Positions 55,340 through 64,000 of a DNA stretch of 64,000 nt are shown piece by piece. The notes below the pieces were generated by a model, which saw only the letters and a program-made list of their open reading frames with translations, was not told the DNA's origin and searched no databases. This DNA is from Bacteroidia bacterium (GTDB taxonomy: Bacteria; Bacteroidota; Bacteroidia; NS11-12g; UBA955): contig JBGAKR010000002.1 in the NCBI GenBank assembly GCA_044224315.1, positions 464,464 to 528,463 on the forward strand, read 5' to 3'. Each line of letters begins with the position of its first letter. The first letter of the stretch is position 1. The translations under genes and the position numbers were made by a program.

Positions 55340-56836
55340 ATGAACCCCAGCAACTCCAAAAGCGCGAAAGAGGCGCTGAAGACCGAACATTTCACACAGG
55401 ATCCGCGGGTATTGCAATGCCTTAAGGAGCTTGAAGAATTTAAAAAAACCAACCCATTTGTTGTATCGGATGTAATTGATGCGCAAGGCAATCAATACGT
55501 AAATCTGGTGCAAAAAGGCGGTGGTGTTTTGGGCGTTGCCCTGGTAGGATATACCTATGTACTGGAGCAGGCTGGTATTCGTTTTCTGCGCCTTGCAGGT
55601 ACCAGTGCCGGAGCCATTAATACGGCCCTGATGACCATTATAAAAAACAAGCAGGATACCAAAAGCGAAGAAATTTTAAAAATTATTTGCGACCTCAATT
55701 TCTTTAACCTGGTGGATGGACATCCTGCGGCACGCTGGGTCATTAAAAATTTTATTACCAACGAAAATTTTACCAAAAAAATCAAGTTTTGGATATACGC
55801 AATTCTGGGCCTATTTGGGCTATTAATTGTAAGTGATATCACCCTTTTAGGACTCGAAAACCATTACCCAAACCTTTACAGGGTAACGGTGCTTAGCTTT
55901 GTACTTACAGGATTCTATTTAGTATTTCTATCGGTAATCCTGTTCTACATCAGCAATTTATTTACCCGTTTGAAAAATGCAGGATTTGGTATCAATCCGG
56001 GTGATTATTTTTACGATTGGTTGAAGAAAAACATGCGCGACAAGGGAGTATTTACTGTAACTGATTTAAAAGCCAAAGCATCCCAAAAAGTACCCGGCCT
56101 TCAATTGCGTGATCACAGAGAAGAAGCCTCAGACGACCTGGTTGGCGATGTTACATTTATTACATCCGAATTGGTAACCCAGAATAAAATTCAGTTTCCT
56201 GAAATGTGTGATTTATTTAAATCTAAAGCCGAGATAGATAAACTACAACCCGCGGGTTTTGTGCGCGCTTCAATGTCGATTCCGGTATTTTTTGAAAGTT
56301 ATTTTATCAATAATATTCCTGTTGACGACCCTGATGTGAAAGCCGCCTGGATGCATCGTTTTGGCATCGAAAATCCGCCACCTTCCACCCGTTTTGTAGA
56401 TGGTGGTATGCTAAGTAATTTTCCCATTAATATATTTTTCAATCCAAAAGTTACCAAACCCCGTTTGCCATCTTTTGGCATTGACCTGGATGACAGCAGC
56501 CCCGAAGACCAAAGCAACGACGCGGCCGACTGGACCCTGGGAGGATATATGGGACGTATGTTTAACACCATACGATACTATTACGACAAGGATTTTTTAT
56601 TGAAAAATAAAATATTTGAAAAAGGAATCGGAAAAGTAAGATTGCCGGAATTTAACTGGTTGAATTTTTTTATGAAAGACCAGGACAAAATAGAAATGTT
56701 TGTACGCGGAGCCCAAGCTGCAACTGATTTTTTGAAAAACTTTGACTGGGAGGAGTATAAAGACAGTCGGGAAAAATTCAAAGCCCAAATGGATGAAAAA
56801 AATAATGCTGTTTTTGGAGGCAGCTTAAAACCCTAA
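55340..56836 (+). CDS. patatin-like phospholipase with internal transmembrane insert
   Basis: Oxyanion loop GGGVLG, nucleophile elbow GTSAG and catalytic Asp in VDGGMLSNFP. Two or three hydrophobic helices (FWIYAILGLFGLLIV, VLSFVLTGFYLVFLSVILFYI) lie between the Ser and Asp motifs. Confidence 0.75.
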   Translation: MNPSNSKSAKEALKTEHFTQDPRVLQCLKELEEFKKTNPFVVSDVIDAQGNQYVNLVQKGGGVLGVALVGYTYVLEQAGIRFLRLAGTSAGAINTALMTIIKNKQDTKSEEILKIICDLNFFNLVDGHPAARWVIKNFITNENFTKKIKFWIYAILGLFGLLIVSDITLLGLENHYPNLYRVTVLSFVLTGFYLVFLSVILFYISNLFTRLKNAGFGINPGDYFYDWLKKNMRDKGVFTVTDLKAKASQKVPGLQLRDHREEASDDLVGDVTFITSELVTQNKIQFPEMCDLFKSKAEIDKLQPAGFVRASMSIPVFFESYFINNIPVDDPDVKAAWMHRFGIENPPPSTRFVDGGMLSNFPINIFFNPKVTKPRLPSFGIDLDDSSPEDQSNDAADWTLGGYMGRMFNTIRYYYDKDFLLKNKIFEKGIGKVRLPEFNWLNFFMKDQDKIEMFVRGAQAATDFLKNFDWEEYKDSREKFKAQMDEKNNAVFGGSLKP

Positions 56837-56839
56837 ATC

Positions 56840-57511
56840 ATGGATTTATTTATAGAGATTCCGAATACCTGGATGTGGTTTTGCATTTGCTTTGGTGCTG
56901 CCATGTTTACATCCATGCTGATGAGTATGCATGCCGAAAAGTTTATGACCCGTGACGGATCTACCAGAAAATTCAGCATCATGAATCTCGAATTTCCATC
57001 GTCACCGTTGGACATTGTGAATACCATTCGCGGAATTTATAAATTACCCGAACCTGCTTCGGGTAAGAGTTTAAAGGCCCTTAAAAACAATTTGTATATC
57101 GACTTTTTATTTATGCCCGCCATTTATGGGTCGATATTTTTATTGTGCATGCATGTATCATCAAAAACCACCTGGCTGGGGCATCCGGCATTTGCTTTAT
57201 TTGCCTGGTTGCAAATTGTATGTTGGTTATTTGATGTGATTGAGAACATTTATTTATTGCGAAAAATTCAGCCCGAAGTTGAAGCATCCAGCAACCTGGT
57301 TCACAACCTATACCGCTATTTGGTGGTTATTAAATGGGGTATAGCTTTGTTGGGAGGTGTATGCGCCTTGATGGTGCTATTGTATTTCTGGTTTACAGGC
57401 AGATATAATCACAATAATTTGTATTTTGTTTTTATACTGTTAATTGAAATAGCAGGTTTATTTCTTCTCAAGAAATTGCTAACTCCCAAGGCAAAAGCCA
57501 ACCCGAAATAA
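56840..57511 (+). CDS. polytopic membrane protein of unknown function
   Basis: 223 aa with about 5 hydrophobic helices. It starts 4 nt after the patatin stop. Confidence 0.5.
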   Translation: MDLFIEIPNTWMWFCICFGAAMFTSMLMSMHAEKFMTRDGSTRKFSIMNLEFPSSPLDIVNTIRGIYKLPEPASGKSLKALKNNLYIDFLFMPAIYGSIFLLCMHVSSKTTWLGHPAFALFAWLQIVCWLFDVIENIYLLRKIQPEVEASSNLVHNLYRYLVVIKWGIALLGGVCALMVLLYFWFTGRYNHNNLYFVFILLIEIAGLFLLKKLLTPKAKANPK

Positions 57512-57533
57512 TTTAATTTGCGGCAGGATTTTT

Positions 57534-58112
57534 ATGCTTGAATTAAACTTCACTCCTTTCCCGGTTTTAGAAACCAAGAGATTGATATTGCGCAAACCAG
57601 AAATGGGCGATGCCACGGCTATGTTTAAAATGCGCAGCAACCCGGATGTGATGTCTCAGATTGCACGGCCCATTGCCAAAACCCTGGAAGATGCCGAAAA
57701 ACTGATACAGGTATTTGAGGATCGCAATAACGAAAACCTGGGAATAACCTGGGCTATAACCCTCAAGGGTAAAAATGAAATGATAGGTACTATGGGATTC
57801 TGGCGCATTGAAGCCGAAAATCACCGGGCCGAAATTGGGTACATGCTTAGCCCCGATTATTGGCGGCAGGGCATCATGCACGAAGCGATTGAAATATGCC
57901 TGGAATATGCATTTAAAACCCTCAATTTCAACTCCATCGAAGGTCATACAAGTCCGGAAAATATAGCATCCCAATCCACCCTAAGAAAAGCCGGATTTGT
58001 AAAGGAAGCCCATTTCAGAGAAAACCTTTACTTTGAGGGCGGCTATAGAGATTCGGTGGTATTTGCATTATTGGCAAGCGATTACAAAGCCTTGAATTCA
58101 CCCCTAAATTAA
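57534..58112 (+). CDS. GNAT N-acetyltransferase, RimJ/RimL-like
   Basis: LILRKPEMGDA..., EIGYMLSPDYWRQGIMHEA and the NxxS segment are typical of the RimJ/L subfamily. Confidence 0.75.
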   Translation: MLELNFTPFPVLETKRLILRKPEMGDATAMFKMRSNPDVMSQIARPIAKTLEDAEKLIQVFEDRNNENLGITWAITLKGKNEMIGTMGFWRIEAENHRAEIGYMLSPDYWRQGIMHEAIEICLEYAFKTLNFNSIEGHTSPENIASQSTLRKAGFVKEAHFRENLYFEGGYRDSVVFALLASDYKALNSPLN

Positions 58113-58146
58113 TTAATTGCACAATTTTTGTTGCCATAGTTTATCC

Positions 58147-60285
58147 ATGAAAAAATTCCTTCTGATAGTAGTTTTTTTTAATTTGTTTTCTGTCATTTGG
58201 GCGCAAACCCCAAAAGAAAATCGGGATAAATTTGATTGGTACTATACACCATGGTTGGACAGCATCAACCAAAACAACCTGGATAGCCAAACATTTCAAA
58301 TATTTAACCAGGGAAAAACAGGATGGATGGATGTGAATTACGGCATTTTATGTGCGCCAATTTTTACAAAAACTTTACCTCCTCAAAGGTTCTCTGCAGA
58401 ATATTATAATGATATTTGGCTAACCTGGGGAAGTTTTGGAAACAAATGGGGTATTTACCAACGACGTAATGAATACTACCTCGACACAGGATTAATCATT
58501 GCCTGCGAATTTGATAGCATTATTGTTGCAAAAAGAACCAAGGATGAATTGCATTTAAAAGCCTGGAAAGGCAAAAAGGCGAAGCTCTATAATGTACTTA
58601 ATAACGCATGGATAGATGCAAATAATAAAATAAACCCAATAATTTATGAACCGCCTTTAATTAAGGAGGAACCACAGGAAGGAGTAGATATACCAGACTT
58701 CAACACTGTAGCTGGCCCGATTGAGAATTATCAAACTACTAATGGATATATGGAGAAAGATGTTGGAGCAATTAACAGTCCGTATCCTCCCGGTTTTGAA
58801 AGTCAACAAACTTCAAATGAGCCAAAATCCAAATTAAAAAACCGTCATAAATATATCAAATCCATAACTGACTCAAATACCTTAAAATACGGACTATATT
58901 CCGGAGATGCAGATTCATTCATTATAAAACCTTTATATAAAAGAATAGAAAGGGATGATGCCAACAATTATTTCTGCTATTTATTCAATACGAATAATCA
59001 TTTTATAGTGCTTGATAGCAATGGAATTCCACTCACACACATTTTAACTGAAATCGACATGCACAGGGTACCTCAATTCAACATAGTGAAAGGACTCTCG
59101 GGAATGGAATTTATTTATAACAAACAAATGCGATTATTATGGCCCGATTCATTTCTAAGGGTAAACAATGGACCAACAGTTCCTTTTGCTAATGTTACCA
59201 AAAAGGACTTTAGCATGCAACTATTTGATTATAATAAACTGGTATTATTACCGGAAAAATTTGATGCCATATTTTTGGGAAGCAATCTGCCTCTATTAAT
59301 AGCCGAACAGAAAGGCTATTTAATTATCCGCAATTATGATGAAAATAAAACCATAAAAGTAAAAAAAGCCCGGTTTACTTATTACTGTATAGCTAGCACA
59401 TTGGTAATTCGCAAAAAAAACAAGAACTACCTTATGAATCTCCGCAGTGGAGAGGTGGCAAAAAAGGGCTGGGACAGCATTCAGACAACAGCCATTCCGT
59501 ATATAGAAGGTGATATTTCCGTTAAAAAACAAAATCGATTGAAGGATATTTTTATTGTATATGAAAAAGGTAAAATGGGATTGATTGACCACAACAAAAA
59601 CCTGTTATTAAAGCCCGAATATGACAAGTCAATTTCAGCTAACAGGAAATTCCCGGGCTTATTAACCTTTGTAACCGGCAACAAATACACCCTTTATAGC
59701 GCCATTTCAAACCTTGTATTAGCTAAAGACATTGACTCCTTTAGGTATATAAATTACTCTGTGAATATTTACGGAAGTAGTTATAATGGCCATTATTACA
59801 ACCAAAAAAATGGTGATAAATATTTGCTCGCATTTCACAGCAATAACAAATGGGGAATACTTTACAATTCTGAAGCGATTGAAATTCCACCGATTTATGA
59901 CAGCATAGTAAGTATAAACAGTCGGTTGTTTTTTGTTAAATCATTGAAATACCATTTATTGAACAGCAATTTCAACTACCTGCAGGATGTAGGCTATGAC
60001 AGTGTGGAAAAGATTGAAAACAAATATATGTTGTTAAAAAAAGGGCATCTGTATTTTTTTATGAATACATCCAACCAATTAATTCCTGAAACTGGAACCC
60101 CATGGCTCTCTAAAATTCAATTCCCTTATTCACAAATCATTTACCTGTACAAGAAAGATAATTTATTTGGTTTGATTAGAACTGCATACTATGAAACACC
60201 TGCATTATTAGAGGATGTGCGGTACGGTAAAAATCAATTATTATGGGCCAAAATCAACGGTAAATGGGGGATTATAGAACAATGA
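58147..60285 (+). CDS. WG-repeat (KWG-type) containing secreted protein
   Basis: Signal peptide MKKFLLIVVFFNLFSVIWAQ. Recurring K(W/M)G(I/L)(I/Y) plus PxYD modules: NKWGIYQ, GKMGLIDHNKNLLLKPEYD, NKWGILYNSEAIEIPPIYD and GKWGIIEQ. Confidence 0.65.
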   Translation: MKKFLLIVVFFNLFSVIWAQTPKENRDKFDWYYTPWLDSINQNNLDSQTFQIFNQGKTGWMDVNYGILCAPIFTKTLPPQRFSAEYYNDIWLTWGSFGNKWGIYQRRNEYYLDTGLIIACEFDSIIVAKRTKDELHLKAWKGKKAKLYNVLNNAWIDANNKINPIIYEPPLIKEEPQEGVDIPDFNTVAGPIENYQTTNGYMEKDVGAINSPYPPGFESQQTSNEPKSKLKNRHKYIKSITDSNTLKYGLYSGDADSFIIKPLYKRIERDDANNYFCYLFNTNNHFIVLDSNGIPLTHILTEIDMHRVPQFNIVKGLSGMEFIYNKQMRLLWPDSFLRVNNGPTVPFANVTKKDFSMQLFDYNKLVLLPEKFDAIFLGSNLPLLIAEQKGYLIIRNYDENKTIKVKKARFTYYCIASTLVIRKKNKNYLMNLRSGEVAKKGWDSIQTTAIPYIEGDISVKKQNRLKDIFIVYEKGKMGLIDHNKNLLLKPEYDKSISANRKFPGLLTFVTGNKYTLYSAISNLVLAKDIDSFRYINYSVNIYGSSYNGHYYNQKNGDKYLLAFHSNNKWGILYNSEAIEIPPIYDSIVSINSRLFFVKSLKYHLLNSNFNYLQDVGYDSVEKIENKYMLLKKGHLYFFMNTSNQLIPETGTPWLSKIQFPYSQIIYLYKKDNLFGLIRTAYYETPALLEDVRYGKNQLLWAKINGKWGIIEQ

Positions 60286-63200
60286 GAAAATACTTTTTTA
60301 TAATTCTGATTTTTGGATTTGCCATTCAAAATGGTTACAGTCAAAGCAGCGACAGCATGGTATATGGCGGGGATTGTGATGGGTGGCGATTGGTGACCTG
60401 GAAACTGGAAAATAATCGCTGTTATTTCAAAGAATACTTGAATAACACCCTTAGAAGCGAAGGATGGATGATGCAACCCTATAATGAGGTAAAGTTACAC
60501 AACCCGGTTTACGATAGTTTAGTTACATTTTATGACCAGAAAGGGAACTGGGAAAAATCATACCGGTATAGATTTGACCGCTTGATTGAGACCCAGGAAT
60601 ATCTTAATGGCAGAGTGATATACAAAGTTTATAACAACCCCAATAAAGAAATATATCGCATTACAGAGCTGTATTTAGATGGCCAATTAAAAGAAAAAAC
60701 AATTGTAAATGATTCCCTGATTTACAACCTGTTTTTTATTGAATACAAAAGCGAACCTGAGGTAACTGTTTATAACAGAGATAAACGATCTTATAATCAA
60801 TACTACACTACCTGGAGTAGTGGGGATACCCTTTTTAAACAATATGTAGGTGAATACTTGCAACCAAAAGATTTGCTATTATTTATAAAACCAGATAAAA
60901 AGAAACTCTTTCCCACAATCATAAAAAGCCATAATCCCCGTAAAAAAACTGAAATAATTGAGCACCTGGATATATATGGAAGTACCATCGGAACAGAAAT
61001 TTATGATTCGAAAAAAACACTGCTGAGTAGTTGGGAATACGATGCAGAAAAAAACGAAAACCGGTTTTATTTTGATAGCCTGGGCCATGAAAAACATCTA
61101 AAAGGCAGGGTATTTAAAACCGATGCAACCACCCCTATGTCAATACGACTGGACAATGGAGACTCTCTTCTATACTATGCCGAAGGGGATAGATTAAGTT
61201 TGGATATTTTTCGCGGAGCACGCATGCTAACACGCAAAATACTGTACTTTAAATACCATACAACTTTAGAAAATTATAGGTTTGATAATCAAAGTGAAAT
61301 AATTTCTGAATATTTAGTACATAAATTACTGGAATGGTATCGCAAAGACGATATGGAACGCGCATTTGAAGACAATAAAGAAGAAATTATCAACTATTAT
61401 ACAGATGGGTCAGTAAGGAGTTTTTTTTATATCGAAAATCACCATCGGTATGATTATGTACCCGATAGCGGCGAAACAAATATTTTTCTTTTTCCAGACC
61501 TCAATGAATCGCAAATAGACAAAGACCTGGCCAGCTGCAAATATGGGGTTAGAGAAGGTTTCGGTTGGCTTGTGCAGCCCATTTACGACAATATAGACAT
61601 TATCAACTATATCAACAATTACTATATCAATTCCTTTTTATGGCGCTGTGAGATCGGAGATAGTTTGCACCTCGTAGATATTTTTGGAAACATCATTTAC
61701 AAAATGCATCATTTAGATGCAGACAAATGGATAAGAACCACTGCACTTAGCCGCCAATACCTGAATACATCGGAGTCGTTTTTGCTTTGTAAAAACAATA
61801 GTAACACATTGACAATAGAAGACCGAAAAGGTAAAATACTCTTCACTTATTCAAACCCCGGTGCCCATTTTGATTACCGCTGTTTCAACACAGAATCATT
61901 GACTTTTACCAAAGATGGCAACACTTATTTTCACCGCTACGATGGCAAGGAATGGAAGATACAAGGGGAATTTGATAACGGCTACGCAATTGCCGGTTTC
62001 TCTGTAGCATTTTTACAAAACGCGACTAAAACCAGAGAAAATCCATTGAGGTATGTGACGTTTAAAAATGGAGGCCTGATGAAATACAATTTCAGTATGT
62101 ACAATCATGACACCTTGCTTATCTACACCGATTCGGGATTAGTGGCCTACGATATTAATGCACAAAAAATAATCCGGAAAATTGAATTCATGGGAATTCC
62201 AAAATCCAGCGAATACGAATTTGGCTATAAAAAGAAAAATGCGTACCCAGTAATAAACTTCCAAGGCCAACGGGGTATGATTAGCCCAATAACCGGGAAT
62301 ATGCTTACTCCATTTCAGTATGAATTTATCCAGGATAATATTTTTAAACGTGATGGGAAGTGGGGCCTGTTTAACAAAGACAATACCCGTGAAATAATCC
62401 ATAATGTTGATACGATATTAAGTTTAAAATTATATCATGATGAAGATATTTTTACACATACAAATCAAGGTTGGATGGTGCACAATTCGCTTGGAGGCCC
62501 ATTACTAAAAAACCCGGTAGATGAATTAATACTTGTAGAGCACCCTGAAAATTATAACAGATATTTATGCGCCTTAAAAAACGGTGAAATTTATTGGCAA
62601 GACACGATCCAACTTAATAATTCAAATGAAAAACTTTGGGCCAATATTGGTACATTGTTATTCAAAAATATTTATTCCAAAAAATACGGCATTCTAAAAA
62701 ACGGAAAGGTAATATTCACCGCAGATTACGACCAAATCACCACCTACACCCGTACCCCGGATTACACCATAAATGAGGATTTGCGCTACAAACCAGCTCA
62801 GTATGTACTCAACCGAAACAACACTACACACATTTATAACATTGCAATTGGCAATAGTACTGCACTCCCCTCTTTCGTAAATTCGGAAACCAGGGGTTCA
62901 CAAATATGGGGGCTCGACTCTTTGGGTAAAATCAGCATAATTAAATGCGACGGGAATGCAAAAATCCCAAAAAATGTAACTCATATAGGCAGGGATAAAC
63001 AGTACTTGTGGTTTTCCCGGGCCCAACCCACAAATGGCACAGATTATGGTTATACCAATTTCCAATGGGAATTGATGGATTCCCGAACAGGCTATATAAC
63101 TCCATATAAATTCTTCACCCCTTACGATGTTGAATTTAAGGGTAAATTGTTATTTTTAAAACATGCAGATATGAAATATTACGTTCACAATGATTCTCTA

Positions 63201-64000
63201 AAAATCCTCTTTGATAAAGGCTTTGATGAGATCTTTTACAATAAATTTTCATACAAAACTGAATCCGTTTTTTTTGGCAAGATTCGCAACGAATTTTATG
63301 AAATAAATACCCAAACTGCAAGTGTAAATCAGCTTAATTACAAAAACCCAGCCCACATAGGCCATGGCTACCTGATATTTGACGACAGCATAGTGCGGTA
63401 TGTCAACGCAGATAACTCCAAAGTATTTGCGAGTGCATCTTATTTTTTGGGTGAAATCAACCTTACAAATTATACCCAATACAGGCAAAATTATTTTGAT
63501 TCTTTAAAAATGTTGAAAGACAATTTTTTGACCTTGACGGCGGCTTACATTGAAACGACCAATCGAAAAAATTATAATTATTCATACTGGAATAGGGTAG
63601 ACGTTTTTCCGAAAGTAGAATATTATACCGGAATACTTCGCAAAAAAGAAATAGAGCTGGAAAATGCCCGTGAACTGGAAAAATTGAAGGCTGCTAAAAG
63701 TAAAAAAACAAATTCTAAAACTCCAACAATCGAGCAAAAGAATGATTCAGAAGAGGGATATGCCGAAGCTTATGAAAACGTAGAAGGTGTGGCCGAACCC
63801 ATGTATGACGGATACCATTCACCTGTTGAAATGCCTGTGCACCGATTTTATTCGCAATTTGCCAGCAACTCATGGTTTAATAACCTGGAATTGGGTCCGC
63901 AAATTTTGCATTTTACTGATTTTAACGAGGCCTATTATAACTGGGCTGGCAGATTATCAAACGATGACGAATTATTTATCAATTTAAAGGATAATAATTA
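60282..64000 (+). CDS. very large (>1,239 aa) secreted WG-repeat-like protein, 3' end outside the window
   Basis: The ATG at 60282 overlaps the upstream TGA (ATGA). Signal peptide MRKYFFIILIFGFAIQNGYSQ. I checked the frame by hand at about 10 places between 60282 and 64000 and found no stop. It is absent from the ORF track, presumably because no stop lies in the window. It contains DGKWGLFNKDN. Confidence 0.6.
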   Translation, partial: MRKYFFIILIFGFAIQNGYSQSSDSMVYGGDCDGWRLVTWKLENNRCYFKEYLNNTLRSEGWMMQPYNEVKLHNPVYDSLVTFYDQKGNWEKSYRYRFDRLIETQEYLNGRVIYKVYNNPNKEIYRITELYLDGQLKEKTIVNDSLIYNLFFIEYKSEPEVTVYNRDKRSYNQYYTTWSSGDTLFKQYVGEYLQPKDLLLFIKPDKKKLFPTIIKSHNPRKKTEIIEHLDIYGSTIGTEIYDSKKTLLSSWEYDAEKNENRFYFDSLGHEKHLKGRVFKTDATTPMSIRLDNGDSLLYYAEGDRLSLDIFRGARMLTRKILYFKYHTTLENYRFDNQSEIISEYLVHKLLEWYRKDDMERAFEDNKEEIINYYTDGSVRSFFYIENHHRYDYVPDSGETNIFLFPDLNESQIDKDLASCKYGVREGFGWLVQPIYDNIDIINYINNYYINSFLWRCEIGDSLHLVDIFGNIIYKMHHLDADKWIRTTALSRQYLNTSESFLLCKNNSNTLTIEDRKGKILFTYSNPGAHFDYRCFNTESLTFTKDGNTYFHRYDGKEWKIQGEFDNGYAIAGFSVAFLQNATKTRENPLRYVTFKNGGLMKYNFSMYNHDTLLIYTDSGLVAYDINAQKIIRKIEFMGIPKSSEYEFGYKKKNAYPVINFQGQRGMISPITGNMLTPFQYEFIQDNIFKRDGKWGLFNKDNTREIIHNVDTILSLKLYHDEDIFTHTNQGWMVHNSLGGPLLKNPVDELILVEHPENYNRYLCALKNGEIYWQDTIQLNNSNEKLWANIGTLLFKNIYSKKYGILKNGKVIFTADYDQITTYTRTPDYTINEDLRYKPAQYVLNRNNTTHIYNIAIGNSTALPSFVNSETRGSQIWGLDSLGKISIIKCDGNAKIPKNVTHIGRDKQYLWFSRAQPTNGTDYGYTNFQWELMDSRTGYITPYKFFTPYDVEFKGKLLFLKHADMKYYVHNDSLKILFDKGFDEIFYNKFSYKTESVFFGKIRNEFYEINTQTASVNQLNYKNPAHIGHGYLIFDDSIVRYVNADNSKVFASASYFLGEINLTNYTQYRQNYFDSLKMLKDNFLTLTAAYIETTNRKNYNYSYWNRVDVFPKVEYYTGILRKKEIELENARELEKLKAAKSKKTNSKTPTIEQKNDSEEGYAEAYENVEGVAEPMYDGYHSPVEMPVHRFYSQFASNSWFNNLELGPQILHFTDFNEAYYNWAGRLSNDDELFINLKDNN

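Noticed and set aside
63787-63987. 66-aa plus-strand ORF near the window end
   Set aside because: It lies in an alternative frame inside the long WG-repeat ORF, which is open from 60282 to the window end.

Overview
This is a chromosomal window from a Bacteroidota-type genome. The evidence is T9SS type-A and type-B C-terminal sorting domains, a FecR anti-sigma protein, recurrent TAnnTTTG -7 promoter boxes and many 1-4 nt start/stop overlaps. The backbone is housekeeping: metF, rsgA, fabD, miaB, lspA, acyl-CoA carboxyltransferase, an ABC-F ATPase, an MsbA-like exporter, an SDR-type threonine dehydrogenase and an SRP RNA. Accessory patches are interleaved with it.

- **SIR2 islet (about 22.3-28.6 kb).** This AT-rich region holds a stand-alone 1,028-aa protein (23133-26219, minus strand). 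It has a complete defence-type SIR2 NADase motif set and an unassignable C-terminal region of about 800 aa. It is bracketed by a 490-bp direct duplication that includes paralogous 140-aa genes. It is the best candidate for a single-gene, DSR-like, NAD+-depleting anti-phage system.
- **Envelope operon (42272-52739, minus strand).** Five translationally coupled genes encode very large secreted or cell-surface proteins of unknown function: a membrane-anchored protein, a 1,010-aa protein, an FN3-like repeat protein, a T9SS cargo and an outer-membrane beta-barrel. There is a possible frameshift junction, a perfect palindrome at the 5' end and an unlinked paralogue at 30115.
- **Intergenic repeat architecture.** Features include a roughly 1-kb 21-bp satellite, pervasive degenerate heptanucleotide tandem arrays, REP-like TCCGCC-N12-GGCGGA hairpins, a dispersed CAGAAGCAGTCGGGCAAG element and a 101-bp tandem repeat just downstream of the SRP RNA.
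- **Other items.** There is an intact IS3-family element, a nucleotidyltransferase gene with a small upstream ORF (toxin-antitoxin-like layout), a FecR gene with no sigma factor, a patatin-like lipase with internal TM helices, and two tandem WG-repeat proteins.

All functional calls come from recognising motifs by eye in the translations. No database search was run.
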